Shown here: positions 45,721-55,603 of the stretch, in pieces
Layout: each line of letters begins with the position of its first letter
How positions within the stretch are numbered: the stretch's first letter is position 1
Assembly: GCA_903863845.1 (NCBI GenBank)
Contig: CAIPDP010000071.1
Location: 27,617 to 91,616 of the forward strand
DNA from: an uncultured Mucilaginibacter sp.
GTDB lineage: Bacteria > Bacteroidota > Bacteroidia > Sphingobacteriales > Sphingobacteriaceae
Direction of reading: 5' to 3'
Length of the DNA: 64,000 nt
Made by a program: the position numbers and the translations under genes
The notes under the pieces: model-generated
What the model saw: only the letters and a program-made list of their open reading frames with translations
Databases searched by the model: none
What the model was told of the DNA's origin: nothing

Positions 45721-47532
45721 ATGAGGCATTTCGCAATATTTAGTTTCTTCCTTTTAGTATTGAATTATGCTGCCTTTGCCCAGGTTGACGACTTGCAACT
45801 GGCAAAACAATTAACCGCATCGGGCGATCTGCAAAAAGCACTTGATATATACCAAAAATTATACAAACAAGATAATGAAGCAAATTTTGGCAATTACGTT
45901 GGCGCGTTGCTGAGCGTAAAGAAATTTGATGATGCGGAAAGCCTGACCCGCAAAATGATACGCAAACATCCAGGCGAAGCACGTTATGCCATTACGATGG
46001 GGAAAATATATACGCAAAAAGGCGATATTGATAAAGCAAATCTGGTTTTTGACGAACTCATCAAAAATTTGCCCGCCGATCCGGGTGCTATTGCCAACCT
46101 TGCTACACAGTTTTACCAGGCCGAAAATGCCGATTATGCAATAAAAATATTTTTGCAGGGCCGCAAACTTTTGAACAACAATAAATTATACACTTACGAG
46201 TTGCTGAGTTTGTATCGATTCAAGCGAAATAAAGCTGCCCTGGTAGAGGAGTACCTGAACTTTTTACCCGATAATCCTTCCTTTATCACTCAGGCAGAAA
46301 CAACGCTTTCGTCAATGTTTGAAGGCCCTGCGGATTACGACCTGCTGAAAGTTGCTTTATTTAAAAAGATCCAGAAATTTCCGCAGGAAGCTATTTTTAT
46401 CGATCTGCTGACCTGGCAGTTTATGCAGCAAAGGGAGTATGACCAGGCGTTGAACCAGGCGCTTGCCTTAAACCGGCGACAGAATGATGATGGTAACAGT
46501 GTTTTCGAACTTTGCCAAACCCTGGTTGCTGACGAAGCTTACGAAACAGCGATACGCGGATACGAATTTGTGATCGGCAAAGGTAAAGGACAGGCACTAT
46601 ATGTGCCTGCCAAGATCGAGTTGATCAATACCAAAAACTTGCTGGTTACTGCCGGCAAATACACCCAGGCCGACTTGCTAAGTCTGGAAAAAGACTACCG
46701 GGACCTGCTGGAGGAATTTGGCAAAAACAATAGTACCGTGTTTGCTATGCAACGCCTGGCAAAATTGGAAGCCTATAAATTGCACAATTTGCCTGAAGCC
46801 CAAAAATTATTGGAAGATGCCATTAATATCCAAAATGTGAATTTGGGTTTGCAAGCCTCCTGTAAACTCGATCTCGGTGACATCTACTTATTGACCGGTC
46901 AACGCTGGGAAGCTGCATTGGCTTATGAGCAGGTTGAAACCGCCAACCGCGGTACCAATATCGGGCAGGAAGCTAAATACAGGGATGCAAGGCTAGCCTA
47001 TTATACCGGCGACTTTACCTGGGCAAAGGGACAGTTGGATGTACTAAAAGCAGCAACATCGCAATTAATAGCCAACGACGCATTAAACCTTTCATTACTG
47101 ATCTCGGACAACATACAGGTTGATACGGCAGGTGATGCACTCAAGATGTATGCACGTGCCGACCTGCAAATATTTGCAGAACAACCCGGAAAAGCTATCG
47201 CTATACTCGACAGCATCGATGTAAAATATCCGAACAATGCTTTGAGTGACGACATCCTGATGGCCAAAGCCCGTATCCTGATCCAGGAAAAAGACTTTGC
47301 CGCTGCTATCATTCCTCTTAAAAAAATAGCCGAAGATCATCCCAATGATCTCTGGGCCGATGATGCAGTTTTCATGCTTGGCGATCTGTACGAGAACAAA
47401 CTCAACAATAAAGAGCAAGCCAAAATTTATTACCAAAAGATCATTACCGACTATGCCGGCAGCTTATGGATCAATGAAGCCAGAAAACGTTTCAGACTAT
47501 TGAGAGGCGATAAACCTGATGGGGAATCATGA
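45721..47532 (+). CDS. Secreted TPR-repeat protein
   Basis: The ATG at 45721 gives the signal peptide MRHFAIFSFFLLVLNYAAFAQ, followed by tandem TPR-like helices. Function unknown. Confidence 0.8.
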   Translation: MRHFAIFSFFLLVLNYAAFAQVDDLQLAKQLTASGDLQKALDIYQKLYKQDNEANFGNYVGALLSVKKFDDAESLTRKMIRKHPGEARYAITMGKIYTQKGDIDKANLVFDELIKNLPADPGAIANLATQFYQAENADYAIKIFLQGRKLLNNNKLYTYELLSLYRFKRNKAALVEEYLNFLPDNPSFITQAETTLSSMFEGPADYDLLKVALFKKIQKFPQEAIFIDLLTWQFMQQREYDQALNQALALNRRQNDDGNSVFELCQTLVADEAYETAIRGYEFVIGKGKGQALYVPAKIELINTKNLLVTAGKYTQADLLSLEKDYRDLLEEFGKNNSTVFAMQRLAKLEAYKLHNLPEAQKLLEDAINIQNVNLGLQASCKLDLGDIYLLTGQRWEAALAYEQVETANRGTNIGQEAKYRDARLAYYTGDFTWAKGQLDVLKAATSQLIANDALNLSLLISDNIQVDTAGDALKMYARADLQIFAEQPGKAIAILDSIDVKYPNNALSDDILMAKARILIQEKDFAAAIIPLKKIAEDHPNDLWADDAVFMLGDLYENKLNNKEQAKIYYQKIITDYAGSLWINEARKRFRLLRGDKPDGES

Positions 47533-47613
47533 ATAGTTAGTGAATGAGTGAGTTTTTGAATGAGTGAATGAGTGAATGAATGAGTGAGTGAATGAAATGG
47601 TGATTTAGTGAAT
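47531..47613. repeat. Octamer word repeat (TGAATGAG / TGAGTGAG) spacer
   Basis: GAATAGTTAGTGAATGAGTGAGTTTTTGAATGAGTGAATGAGTGAATGAATGAGTGAGTGAATGAAATGGTGATTTAGTGAATT lies immediately after the TPR gene stop. These are direct repeats only, with no inverted partner. Confidence 0.8.
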
Positions 47614-47643
47614 TATTGAGGGACGTATTTGTATTTTTGCAGC

Positions 47644-47958
47644 ATGCTTATTTTTAACGAAACCTTTATTATTGATGACGCGATAGCTACCGAGTGGCTA
47701 TCCTGGATAAAAAGTGACCATATTCCTGCCGTTTTGAATACCGGCGACTTTGACAGTTATAAGCTGTTTACCATTTTAGATTCCCCTAACGAAGGTATAA
47801 CCTATTGCCTGCAGTTCAACACAGACAAAATAGAACGCTACAGCGATTTCTTTTATAAACACATGGACGGAATACATGCTGCTCACAACCAACAGTTTGA
47901 GGAAAGATTTGCATTGTTCCACACCTTAATGGAAACGGTAGAGGGACTTTCGGACTAA
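47644..47958 (+). CDS. DUF4286-family protein
   Basis: MLIFNETFIIDDAIATEWLSWIKSDHIPAVL matches my recollection of the DUF4286 N-terminus. ATG at 47644. Confidence 0.7.
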   Translation: MLIFNETFIIDDAIATEWLSWIKSDHIPAVLNTGDFDSYKLFTILDSPNEGITYCLQFNTDKIERYSDFFYKHMDGIHAAHNQQFEERFALFHTLMETVEGLSD

Positions 47959-48713
47959 AAACGAAGTTCCCCAGGCATCCTGCCGTATAGTAAAAATTTG
48001 GCCCACTTTTCATTGCCATTTTTCAGCGCCGCAGCTGATGCTTTATTCCAGTCGTAAGTACAAAGTACCTGTTCGATATTTACCTCGTTGCCGGCTACTT
48101 TTACAATTGCATATTTGGCATGCGGGGTATTTGATTCCATCGAAAAGCGATACTTTCCGATGCCAAGGTAGGCAGGCAGACCTACGCTACCCGGATTCAG
48201 TATGATCTTTTCATTCGACAAATAGATCACACGGTTAACGTGCGAATGACCGCATAAAATTATTCGTTCCGAAATTTGCCTTGTCTTTTCAACCAGGTAT
48301 TCGTCATTATAAACAAAAACCCCATGTTCGGTAACCTGCTCCAGCAAATACTCATCATCACTTTCAGGGGTTCCGTGGCAGGCAAAAAACACATCATCTA
48401 TACGCAATGTCTTTGGCAGTACACGCAGCCAGGCGATACTTTCTACTGATAGGTCGGCCCGTACACCGTCCATACCCGCTTTGTAAAAGCCCTCATCAAT
48501 ACTTTGCAGTATTTCACGGTCGGTATTGCCGCTGATGCTTTGCATCGGATTTTCGTGGAGCATTTCAGCTACCTCCTCTGGTTCGAGGGCACCAAAAAAA
48601 TGGTCGCCAAGATTAATAATCGTGTCAATGTCTCTCGACTTTATATCATCCAGTACAGCGCGCAATGCTAGCGAATTGCCATGAATGTCTGAAATGATAG
48701 CATAGGTGCTCAT
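47955..48713 (-). CDS. Metallophosphoesterase (YfcE/MJ0936-like)
   Basis: 252 aa. Motifs ISDIHGN, LGDHF, CHGTP and CGHSH. Confidence 0.85.
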   Translation of the reverse strand: MSTYAIISDIHGNSLALRAVLDDIKSRDIDTIINLGDHFFGALEPEEVAEMLHENPMQSISGNTDREILQSIDEGFYKAGMDGVRADLSVESIAWLRVLPKTLRIDDVFFACHGTPESDDEYLLEQVTEHGVFVYNDEYLVEKTRQISERIILCGHSHVNRVIYLSNEKIILNPGSVGLPAYLGIGKYRFSMESNTPHAKYAIVKVAGNEVNIEQVLCTYDWNKASAAALKNGNEKWAKFLLYGRMPGELRF

Positions 48714-48749
48714 TACAATTGAAAAAGAAAAAAGGTAAACAACCCTAAA

Positions 48750-49577
48750 TTATTGCTTGATCAAATCGTATATCTCGTCCAATTTTGGCGTAAGAACAAT
48801 TTCGATCCGACGATTTTTAGCCAGTGCTTCCGGTGTCTCACCTTCATCAACAGGTTGAAACTCGCTCTTGCCCGTTGCGGTTAAACGATGAGGGTCAACA
48901 CCCTGCGTTTCGGTCAGGAATCGCGTTACTGAAGTGGCCCGTAAAACACTTAAATCCCAGTTATCTTTGATCTGACCAAGGTTGATCACTTTTTTATTAT
49001 CTGTGTGACCTTCTACAGCAATGTTGATATCAGGCTCTTTATTCAATACTACTGCCAGTTGTATCAAAGCGTCTTTACCATGCTGGTCGATTACAATACT
49101 GCCCGTTGGGAAAAGCAGCTTATCGGCCATAGAAACATAAACCTTCCCATCTTTAATAGCTACACTCAACCCGTTGTTTTGAAAACCAAGCAATGCCTTT
49201 TGCAATTTCTCTTTCAGCGCCGAAGAAGCGGCATCGCGTTTCTTCAAGGCTTCTTCTACTTCTTTAAGCCGTTGTTCGCGTTTTTTCAGATCTGTTGCCA
49301 ACTCATTCACCTTAGTTGATGAGTTGTTATAGTTATCGTTAAGTTTACTATAATTTGAATTAAGCGTATTGTAGCTATTTTGCAGATCGGCGAGCTGCCT
49401 GTGCAGGTGCATTGTATCAGCCTGTAATGCTGATATCTCGGCTTCAAGTGTATTGGTACGCGTGCTAAGCGAATCACGATCGGCCAATAAGGCTTTATAT
49501 TTTTTAGGGGATAATACCACGCAGGAGTGAAGAGTGGCACATAAGATGCCAGCTAAAAGAAGGTATTTTAATTTCAT
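48750..49577 (-). CDS. OmpA-family lipoprotein with an N-terminal coiled coil
   Basis: The ATG at 49577 gives MKLKYLLLAGILCATLHSC (lipobox). Heptad-rich middle region and a C-terminal OmpA domain (NWDLSVLRATSV, NRRIEIVL). Confidence 0.88.
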   Translation of the reverse strand: MKLKYLLLAGILCATLHSCVVLSPKKYKALLADRDSLSTRTNTLEAEISALQADTMHLHRQLADLQNSYNTLNSNYSKLNDNYNNSSTKVNELATDLKKREQRLKEVEEALKKRDAASSALKEKLQKALLGFQNNGLSVAIKDGKVYVSMADKLLFPTGSIVIDQHGKDALIQLAVVLNKEPDINIAVEGHTDNKKVINLGQIKDNWDLSVLRATSVTRFLTETQGVDPHRLTATGKSEFQPVDEGETPEALAKNRRIEIVLTPKLDEIYDLIKQ

Positions 49578-49590
49578 GATAGGACGGTAA

Positions 49591-50256
49591 TTAGGATATT
49601 GCATTGTTTAAAAATACATTTAAAGGATATATCGCACTGCATAGATCGCCTATTTGCTGAATGATCCCTTCTGTTGACATTTCAAGGTCTGTGAATTGAT
49701 GCATCGCCACAAAACTTTTCAGCTTCAATAAATCGATATTAGGATTATTTGCGTCATATCCCTGTGGAACAGTTTTCAACTGTTCTTGTTTTCTAAAATC
49801 ACCAAATAATTTAAAAAATGCCGGTTCATCAATAATTTGTTTCAGGCCCGAGGGGTTATAATCAATTTCCTGCCTTATCAATTTCAACTGATCATTTTCC
49901 GGCATCCAGCTGCCACCGCCAATAAATGAATCACCCGGCTGGATATGAACATAATAACCAATATAAGCGGAGCCCTTGCCTGAGCTAAGTTTACCGATGC
50001 CAAAATTGTTTTTGTAAGGAGTTTTATCAGCACTGAAACGTACATCACGATAAATACGCATCACGCATTTTTTCGGGTCTATGCTGGCATCAAGGGTTGG
50101 ATCAACCTTGCTGATCTCTTTGATCAGTTCAGCTGCAAATGCTATTACGTTTTCTTTAGCCTTATCATGCTCAGCTTTGTGGGCCATGAACCAATCACGG
50201 TGATTGTTTGCAGCCAGGTTCTTTAAAAACTCAAAGGTTTCGGGGTAGATCTTCAT
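49591..50256 (-). CDS. DUF2461 (TIGR02453) family protein
   Basis: 221 aa. FEFLKNLAANNHRDWF and IYRDVRFSADKTPYKNNFG are typical DUF2461 segments. Confidence 0.8.
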   Translation of the reverse strand: MKIYPETFEFLKNLAANNHRDWFMAHKAEHDKAKENVIAFAAELIKEISKVDPTLDASIDPKKCVMRIYRDVRFSADKTPYKNNFGIGKLSSGKGSAYIGYYVHIQPGDSFIGGGSWMPENDQLKLIRQEIDYNPSGLKQIIDEPAFFKLFGDFRKQEQLKTVPQGYDANNPNIDLLKLKSFVAMHQFTDLEMSTEGIIQQIGDLCSAIYPLNVFLNNAIS

Positions 50257-50386
50257 CAGGCAATCGTATTGTTAGCGGATAATTTCTGTAACAGCAATTT
50301 CATAAATATCCGCAACCTGGTCATTTATACGATACCAGCCGGGAATATTTAATTTGAACCCGATCGGCTTAAAGCCAAAACAAGCA

Positions 50387-50662
50387 TCAATTCAGATTTA
50401 ATTTTTCGCGGGGAACTTCCATTGGGATGCTCTTGCGGCGGAATTTGCGATACCAGATAATACCCCCAGCTCCGGCAAGGAGGTAGGGCACTCCTAACAA
50501 AAACAAGATGCCACTATTTAAACCCTTAGTGGTACTTGCTCCGCTTTTATTATTTGATTCTACTGCGGTAGTACACATAGCGCATTGCGCTTTAACTTGC
50601 GCCGCATCGAACAACATCAGGGCAAACACACTAACTATCAATACCTTTCCCATGCTTTTCAT
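50387..50662 (-). CDS. Small secreted/anchored CxxC protein at the distal end of the oxidase cluster
   Basis: 91 aa. Signal peptide, CAMC immediately after the predicted cleavage site (VKAQ-CAMC), a C-terminal TM helix and a basic tail. It lies 43 nt downstream of the DUF420 gene. Confidence 0.55.
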   Translation of the reverse strand: MKSMGKVLIVSVFALMLFDAAQVKAQCAMCTTAVESNNKSGASTTKGLNSGILFLLGVPYLLAGAGGIIWYRKFRRKSIPMEVPREKLNLN

Positions 50663-50705
50663 AAAGCAAAAATAGCTATATTTTAAATCAGCTTTAAATT
50701 AAATG

Positions 50706-51278
50706 CTAAAAATGATAATACGGAGATATCATCAGGTACACAATAACCCCTGTAATGGTTACGTACAACCAGATCGGGAATGTCCATCTAACCAACTGCT
50801 TGTGCTTTTCAACCTGCATTTGCAATCCGCGGTAAAAACTCAATAAAATCAGAGGCAAAACAGTTGCTGCCAGGATGATATGGGAAGTAAGGATAACCAG
50901 GTAGATAGAACGTACCGGGCTTGCTGCTGCACGCTCAACATCGGTTAACACACCATCGCCATTCAAATCGCCATAGATCGTTTCCGGTTTCAGGTAATGA
51001 AATAAAATATAGGATACCAGGAACAGTGAAGACAGACAAAATGTAAAAATATTAAGCCTTTTATGCACTTTAATATTACCATGCAAAATAAAGTAGAGCG
51101 ATATCAGCAGTAAAATACTGCAGGTACCATTCAATATCGCATTTAGCTTAGGCAGATATTGCACAAAAGAGGGAACAACTGCGGGAGCTGGGATCAAATG
51201 CCTGTTAAGCACCACTACCACCACAAACACAAATACCGACACAGCGGCAACAAAACGGAAAATTAATTTATCAGTCAT
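50706..51278 (-). CDS. DUF420 membrane protein
   Basis: 190 aa with 4-5 TM helices. As I recall (not verified), DUF420 genes often accompany SCO and heme-copper oxidase genes. Confidence 0.7.
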   Translation of the reverse strand: MTDKLIFRFVAAVSVFVFVVVVVLNRHLIPAPAVVPSFVQYLPKLNAILNGTCSILLLISLYFILHGNIKVHKRLNIFTFCLSSLFLVSYILFHYLKPETIYGDLNGDGVLTDVERAAASPVRSIYLVILTSHIILAATVLPLILLSFYRGLQMQVEKHKQLVRWTFPIWLYVTITGVIVYLMISPYYHF

Positions 51279-51285
51279 ATCAATC

Positions 51286-51987
51286 TTAATACATAGGTGT
51301 GTCTTTTTCCAGCAATTCCTGTTTCACCAACACCTTTATCTCGTCATTTAATCTGCTTACATCATTAAGCGAAGCTCCGGCATAATACCCTCTGATCCTA
51401 CCATGCGAATCAACAAGTACCATTTTGTCTGAATAAATAAATTCACCATTGCCGGCATCAAGCGCATTTACGAGGAAACCTTTGCGCGCTAAATTATAAA
51501 TATTAGCAGTATCTCCTGTCAGGAATTTCCATTTTGAATCCCTATCTGCAAACTGCTTCGCATAATTGCAGAGAACGCCAACGGAATCCCTTTTTGGATC
51601 AACAGTTATGGACAAAAAATAAACCATCTTACTTTTAGCATAGTTCCTGTCGAGGCTATCAATATACCCGTTGATGGTATTACAAAGCGTGGGACAATGA
51701 CTATAAAAGAAAGCGGCTACAAATACTTTATCGTGAAAGAAATTCGCAGAAACTGTTTTTCCATCCTGATCGGTCAGGTGAAAGTCGCCAATGGTATGAA
51801 AAATAGTATCAACCTGGCTTTTACCGCTGCTGCTGTCCAGTTTTTGCGTAACAGTTTTCGGACCAAAAATACGGAGGGCGTGGTATCTGTTCTGGCCCTT
51901 CAGGGTGAGCAAATAATAGAAAAATCCTGGTATAAACAGAATAAATACCAGGATCAATATTTTTTTTATTAAGCGAAATTTTATCAT
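51286..51987 (-). CDS. SCO1/SenC-family copper chaperone
   Basis: 233 aa with an N-terminal anchor, a thioredoxin fold, and the CxxxC motif in FFYSHCPTLC. Confidence 0.88.
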   Translation of the reverse strand: MIKFRLIKKILILVFILFIPGFFYYLLTLKGQNRYHALRIFGPKTVTQKLDSSSGKSQVDTIFHTIGDFHLTDQDGKTVSANFFHDKVFVAAFFYSHCPTLCNTINGYIDSLDRNYAKSKMVYFLSITVDPKRDSVGVLCNYAKQFADRDSKWKFLTGDTANIYNLARKGFLVNALDAGNGEFIYSDKMVLVDSHGRIRGYYAGASLNDVSRLNDEIKVLVKQELLEKDTPMY

Positions 51988-52332
51988 TTACAACCTCAAA
52001 TCAATCCAGTGGTGGCTTTCGTTAGTAAGCACCAGGATCAATCCGATTATGAACAGCACCGGTACGATTATCGCTATTATCAGTCCCGCCTTTTCAAACT
52101 TCAGGTGCATAAAATAACCCACAATAAAAAAAGCTTTTAAAAGGGTTAAAACAATATAAATAGGGTTAGCAACATGGTATGTCATTACCTGGTGGGGAAC
52201 AAGATACAGTGCTATAAAAAATTCAACGGCTGTGATGGCCAGTAAGATATAAAACACATTCCAGATGCGCTTTTTGGTCATTCCTTCATGCTCTTCGGCA
52301 TGGTCTTCGGTATGTGCAGGATGTGATGACAT
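51988..52332 (-). CDS. Cytochrome c oxidase subunit IV-family protein
   Basis: 114 aa with three TM helices, directly downstream of the subunit III genes. Confidence 0.75.
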   Translation of the reverse strand: MSSHPAHTEDHAEEHEGMTKKRIWNVFYILLAITAVEFFIALYLVPHQVMTYHVANPIYIVLTLLKAFFIVGYFMHLKFEKAGLIIAIIVPVLFIIGLILVLTNESHHWIDLRL

Positions 52333-52342
52333 AAGCTTGTTT

Positions 52343-53065
52343 TTAAACGAGATAAAAGAAAGTGAACACGAATACCCAAACCAGGTCTACAAAGTGCCAG
52401 TAGAGGCCAATTTTTTCAACCATCAAATAACTACCGCGTTTCTCGTAGGTACCCTTTAAAACATTGATAGTAATAATAATATTGATCACCACCCCGCTAA
52501 AAACGTGGAAGCCGTGAAAACCGGTTATCGTAAAAAATAAATTAGCAAACTGATGTCCGTAAGTGATCATCGTTTGATCAGAAGGATTACCGTGAAATAG
52601 CGCCTTCAATTCTTCCATTTTCGGAATACTTCCCCACCAAAAACCTTCGCTATGTAAATGCGACCATTCCAGGGCCTGGCAACCCAAAAACATAAATCCA
52701 CCGATAATAGTACCGATCATCCACCATACAACTTCTTTCTTTGCGCCACGGTGACCCGCTTCTACCGCCAATACCATAGTCACCGAACTCATAATGAGTA
52801 TAAAGGTCATTAAACCAACAAACACCAGTGGTGCGCCATGTTCAATCAGGCCGGGAACCGACTGAAAGATCAGGTCTGGTGCAGGCCATGCAGCAGAACT
52901 AAAGCGCAGTGCGCCGTAAGCTATTAGTAATGACGAGAAAGTGAACGCGTCAGAGAGCAGGAAAAACCACATCATTATTTTCCCGTACTCGACAGAAAAC
53001 GGCGAAGTGCCGCCTGCCCAGGGTGTGGTTTTAACCTCGTCGATTTGTGATACAGCTGTACTCAT
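52343..53065 (-). CDS. Cytochrome c oxidase subunit III
   Basis: 240 aa, polytopic. Motifs FFTITGFHGFHVFSGV and YWHFVDLVWVFVF. Confidence 0.88.
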   Translation of the reverse strand: MSTAVSQIDEVKTTPWAGGTSPFSVEYGKIMMWFFLLSDAFTFSSLLIAYGALRFSSAAWPAPDLIFQSVPGLIEHGAPLVFVGLMTFILIMSSVTMVLAVEAGHRGAKKEVVWWMIGTIIGGFMFLGCQALEWSHLHSEGFWWGSIPKMEELKALFHGNPSDQTMITYGHQFANLFFTITGFHGFHVFSGVVINIIITINVLKGTYEKRGSYLMVEKIGLYWHFVDLVWVFVFTFFYLV

Positions 53066-53086
53066 TTGTACTGGATTGGAGGATTA

Positions 53087-53668
53087 TTAATTTTGGTTCA
53101 AAAGTAAAAAAACATATAAATAAATCCATATAATATCGACAAAATGCCAAAATATTGCGGCAAGGTCCATATGATACAGGTTAATTGCTTGTGGTTTATT
53201 GCGATAGCTGCCAATTAAGGCCACTATAAGGAAAATTACGCCCGCAAAAATGTGTACCAAATGCAGCCCCGTAAATACATAAAGGAATGAACGGGAAGCA
53301 TTCGGGTTAACAAAAAAGATACCCATTTTATACGCAAGGATATACCAGGCATAAATCTGGATCGCAAAAAAAGTAAGTCCTAGTAACATTGTCAGCCAAA
53401 GAAACAGGCGCTGCTTAGCAAATTCAAGACGCTTTGCTGCGCGACTAGCTAAAAACAATGTAAGACTACTTAAAATAATTGCAGTTGTGCTGTACATAAA
53501 TGCATCAGGTAACTGAACATTCAATCCATGTCCTTTACCGCCTGCATATACCATAAAGCCGCTGGTTAAAGCGGCAAAAATCATAAACGATGCAAACACA
53601 AACAACCACAAGACAAATTTCTTGGGTGCCAGGTTAAGTCTATCGTTTTCTTGTTGTATCTGTGCCAT
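53087..53668 (-). CDS. Cytochrome c oxidase subunit III-family protein (second, shorter paralogue)
   Basis: 193 aa. Motifs FTGLHLVHIFAGV and FWHFVDIIWIYLYVF. Confidence 0.85.
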   Translation of the reverse strand: MAQIQQENDRLNLAPKKFVLWLFVFASFMIFAALTSGFMVYAGGKGHGLNVQLPDAFMYSTTAIILSSLTLFLASRAAKRLEFAKQRLFLWLTMLLGLTFFAIQIYAWYILAYKMGIFFVNPNASRSFLYVFTGLHLVHIFAGVIFLIVALIGSYRNKPQAINLYHMDLAAIFWHFVDIIWIYLYVFLLLNQN

Positions 53669-53671
53669 CTA

Positions 53672-54532
53672 TCACTTTCCTTTAAATCCAAATAAAAATA
53701 TCAATTGAACAACCGGCAGGTAAAAGAATGAAGCAAACATTACCTTACGTGCCGACAAAATATCACGCCTGATCAATAACATCAAAGCGAGATACAAAAA
53801 TACTAAACTGCAGACTAATGAAACATAGCCTACCCAAAGCGCTGCATGCTGGTAAACATTGGGCAGCAAACTTACTGGTACCAGCACCAATGTAGCTGCG
53901 CAGGTAAATATAGCGCTTACAAGGTCGCGTTTACCGGTTGGCAGCAGCCTGAATCCAGCCAGCTTATAATCATCATCCAAAACCCAGGCAATCGCCCAAA
54001 AATGCGGAAACTGCCATACAAACTGTATAGCAAAAACAATCAGGGCAATATCATCTATTTTCCCATAACCGGCAACATACCCGATCAATGGAGGTAAAGC
54101 ACCCGGTATAGCGCCAACAAAAACTGCTATTGGTGTAATTCGCTTCAGCGGTGTATAGGCGAACGCATAAAAGAGGATCGAAAATACTGACAATAAGCCG
54201 GTAAGCAGATTTAAACTTCCAAGCAAATATGTTCCGGCCAATCCCATTAGCAAACCAAAAATAAGCGCCTGGCCGGTGGTTAAATGTCCGGAGGGGATAG
54301 GCCTGTCCATGGTCCGCTTCATTAGCTTGTCAAGGTCTTTCTCGATGATCTCGTTAAAACAATTTGCAGCTCCAGTCACTAAAAACCCGCCAATGATCAG
54401 TTTGCCCCAATTTACCCAGTTTATATCGTTACCGCCTACCCGACTGCCTAACAAAAACGTGATAGATGCCGAAAACACCACCAGGAAAGTAAGTCTGAAC
54501 TTGATTAATTTAGAAAAATCCTGCCAATTCAT
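53672..54532 (-). CDS. cyoE: Protoheme IX farnesyltransferase (heme O synthase)
   Basis: UbiA-family motifs NCFNEIIEKDLDKLMKRTMDRP and a second Asp-rich region DDDYKLAGFR. The ATG at 54532 forms an ATGA overlap with the ctaA stop. The track ORF extends to 54607. Confidence 0.9.
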   Translation of the reverse strand: MNWQDFSKLIKFRLTFLVVFSASITFLLGSRVGGNDINWVNWGKLIIGGFLVTGAANCFNEIIEKDLDKLMKRTMDRPIPSGHLTTGQALIFGLLMGLAGTYLLGSLNLLTGLLSVFSILFYAFAYTPLKRITPIAVFVGAIPGALPPLIGYVAGYGKIDDIALIVFAIQFVWQFPHFWAIAWVLDDDYKLAGFRLLPTGKRDLVSAIFTCAATLVLVPVSLLPNVYQHAALWVGYVSLVCSLVFLYLALMLLIRRDILSARKVMFASFFYLPVVQLIFLFGFKGK

Positions 54533-55587
54533 CGGCGCACCTCCGCAACAGATGCCGACTTGTACAAGTTCAGCAATAAATACAACTGGGCACCAAACAT
54601 TAGGCACGCTAAAACAACATGGGCAATTTCAGCAAGCGGAGGCAAGGAAAGATAAGAGAGCAATATACCGGTAACGATCTGCAGCATGATAATCAGAAAT
54701 GTAAAACTCATCAATTGCTGCTGAACCGAATGACGGTTGAAATGTCTCCGTACCAGGGCATACAGCATAACGTTGGTCAGCAAAACGATGATCGCAAGGT
54801 CGCGGTGCTCAAAAAATATATCGCCCACACTATTTATCCATCCATTCCGATAATCGCTTAAACGGGCCGCTACTACATCTACACGCTCACGCACATCTGT
54901 GCCAAATACAATTTGAAGCACACTGATCGCTAAAGCGATATAGGTTATCACACGTACAATTGGCGTAATATTGAGCCAATTTTTACCATGCACCTTAGCC
55001 AGATGATAGGTAACAATGGCAATGGCGAGTACTGCCAGCGCCAATAACATATGTACAGTTACGATCCAGGGAACGAGGTTTGTTGAAACGACAATAGATC
55101 CCAACCAACCTTGAAAACCTACTACTACCAGGTTAAGCAGACTTAGGATAGCCAACCATTTATTTTGGCTCCAGTACCTGAATGCAAAAACTGCTGTCAA
55201 TATCATACCCAGGCCTGCTGCAACACCTAAAAGCCGGTTAATATATTCGGTCCAGGTTTTGGCGGCATTAAAAGACTCGGGCACCAAAATGGATTTATCC
55301 TGCCTTAAGCGAATCGCGAGGTCGTTATACCCAAACAAATCGAGTGTTTTTGCAAAACGCAGGTTTTTCTTCACCCGGTCGGCCACATATTTCTCCTTGT
55401 AACCGGCAGGTAATTGGGAAACATCTGTAGGGGGTATGATACAGCCAAAGCAACGTGGCCAGTCGGGACAGCCCATGCCCGAACCGGTACTTCGCACAAC
55501 CGCTCCGGCCATTATCACCACAAAAAGAAGGATGATGGTGATCTTATTGGCTTTTTGGAACCTGTTCTTTGGAGCTGCTTTATTCAT
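54529..55587 (-). CDS. ctaA: COX15/CtaA-family heme A synthase
   Basis: 352 aa, 8 TM helices. The Cys pair in GCPDWPRCFGC and conserved His residues in TM helices. Confidence 0.88.
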   Translation of the reverse strand: MNKAAPKNRFQKANKITIILLFVVIMAGAVVRSTGSGMGCPDWPRCFGCIIPPTDVSQLPAGYKEKYVADRVKKNLRFAKTLDLFGYNDLAIRLRQDKSILVPESFNAAKTWTEYINRLLGVAAGLGMILTAVFAFRYWSQNKWLAILSLLNLVVVGFQGWLGSIVVSTNLVPWIVTVHMLLALAVLAIAIVTYHLAKVHGKNWLNITPIVRVITYIALAISVLQIVFGTDVRERVDVVAARLSDYRNGWINSVGDIFFEHRDLAIIVLLTNVMLYALVRRHFNRHSVQQQLMSFTFLIIMLQIVTGILLSYLSLPPLAEIAHVVLACLMFGAQLYLLLNLYKSASVAEVRR

Positions 55588-55603
55588 CTAAAATCTCTAA
55601 AAA

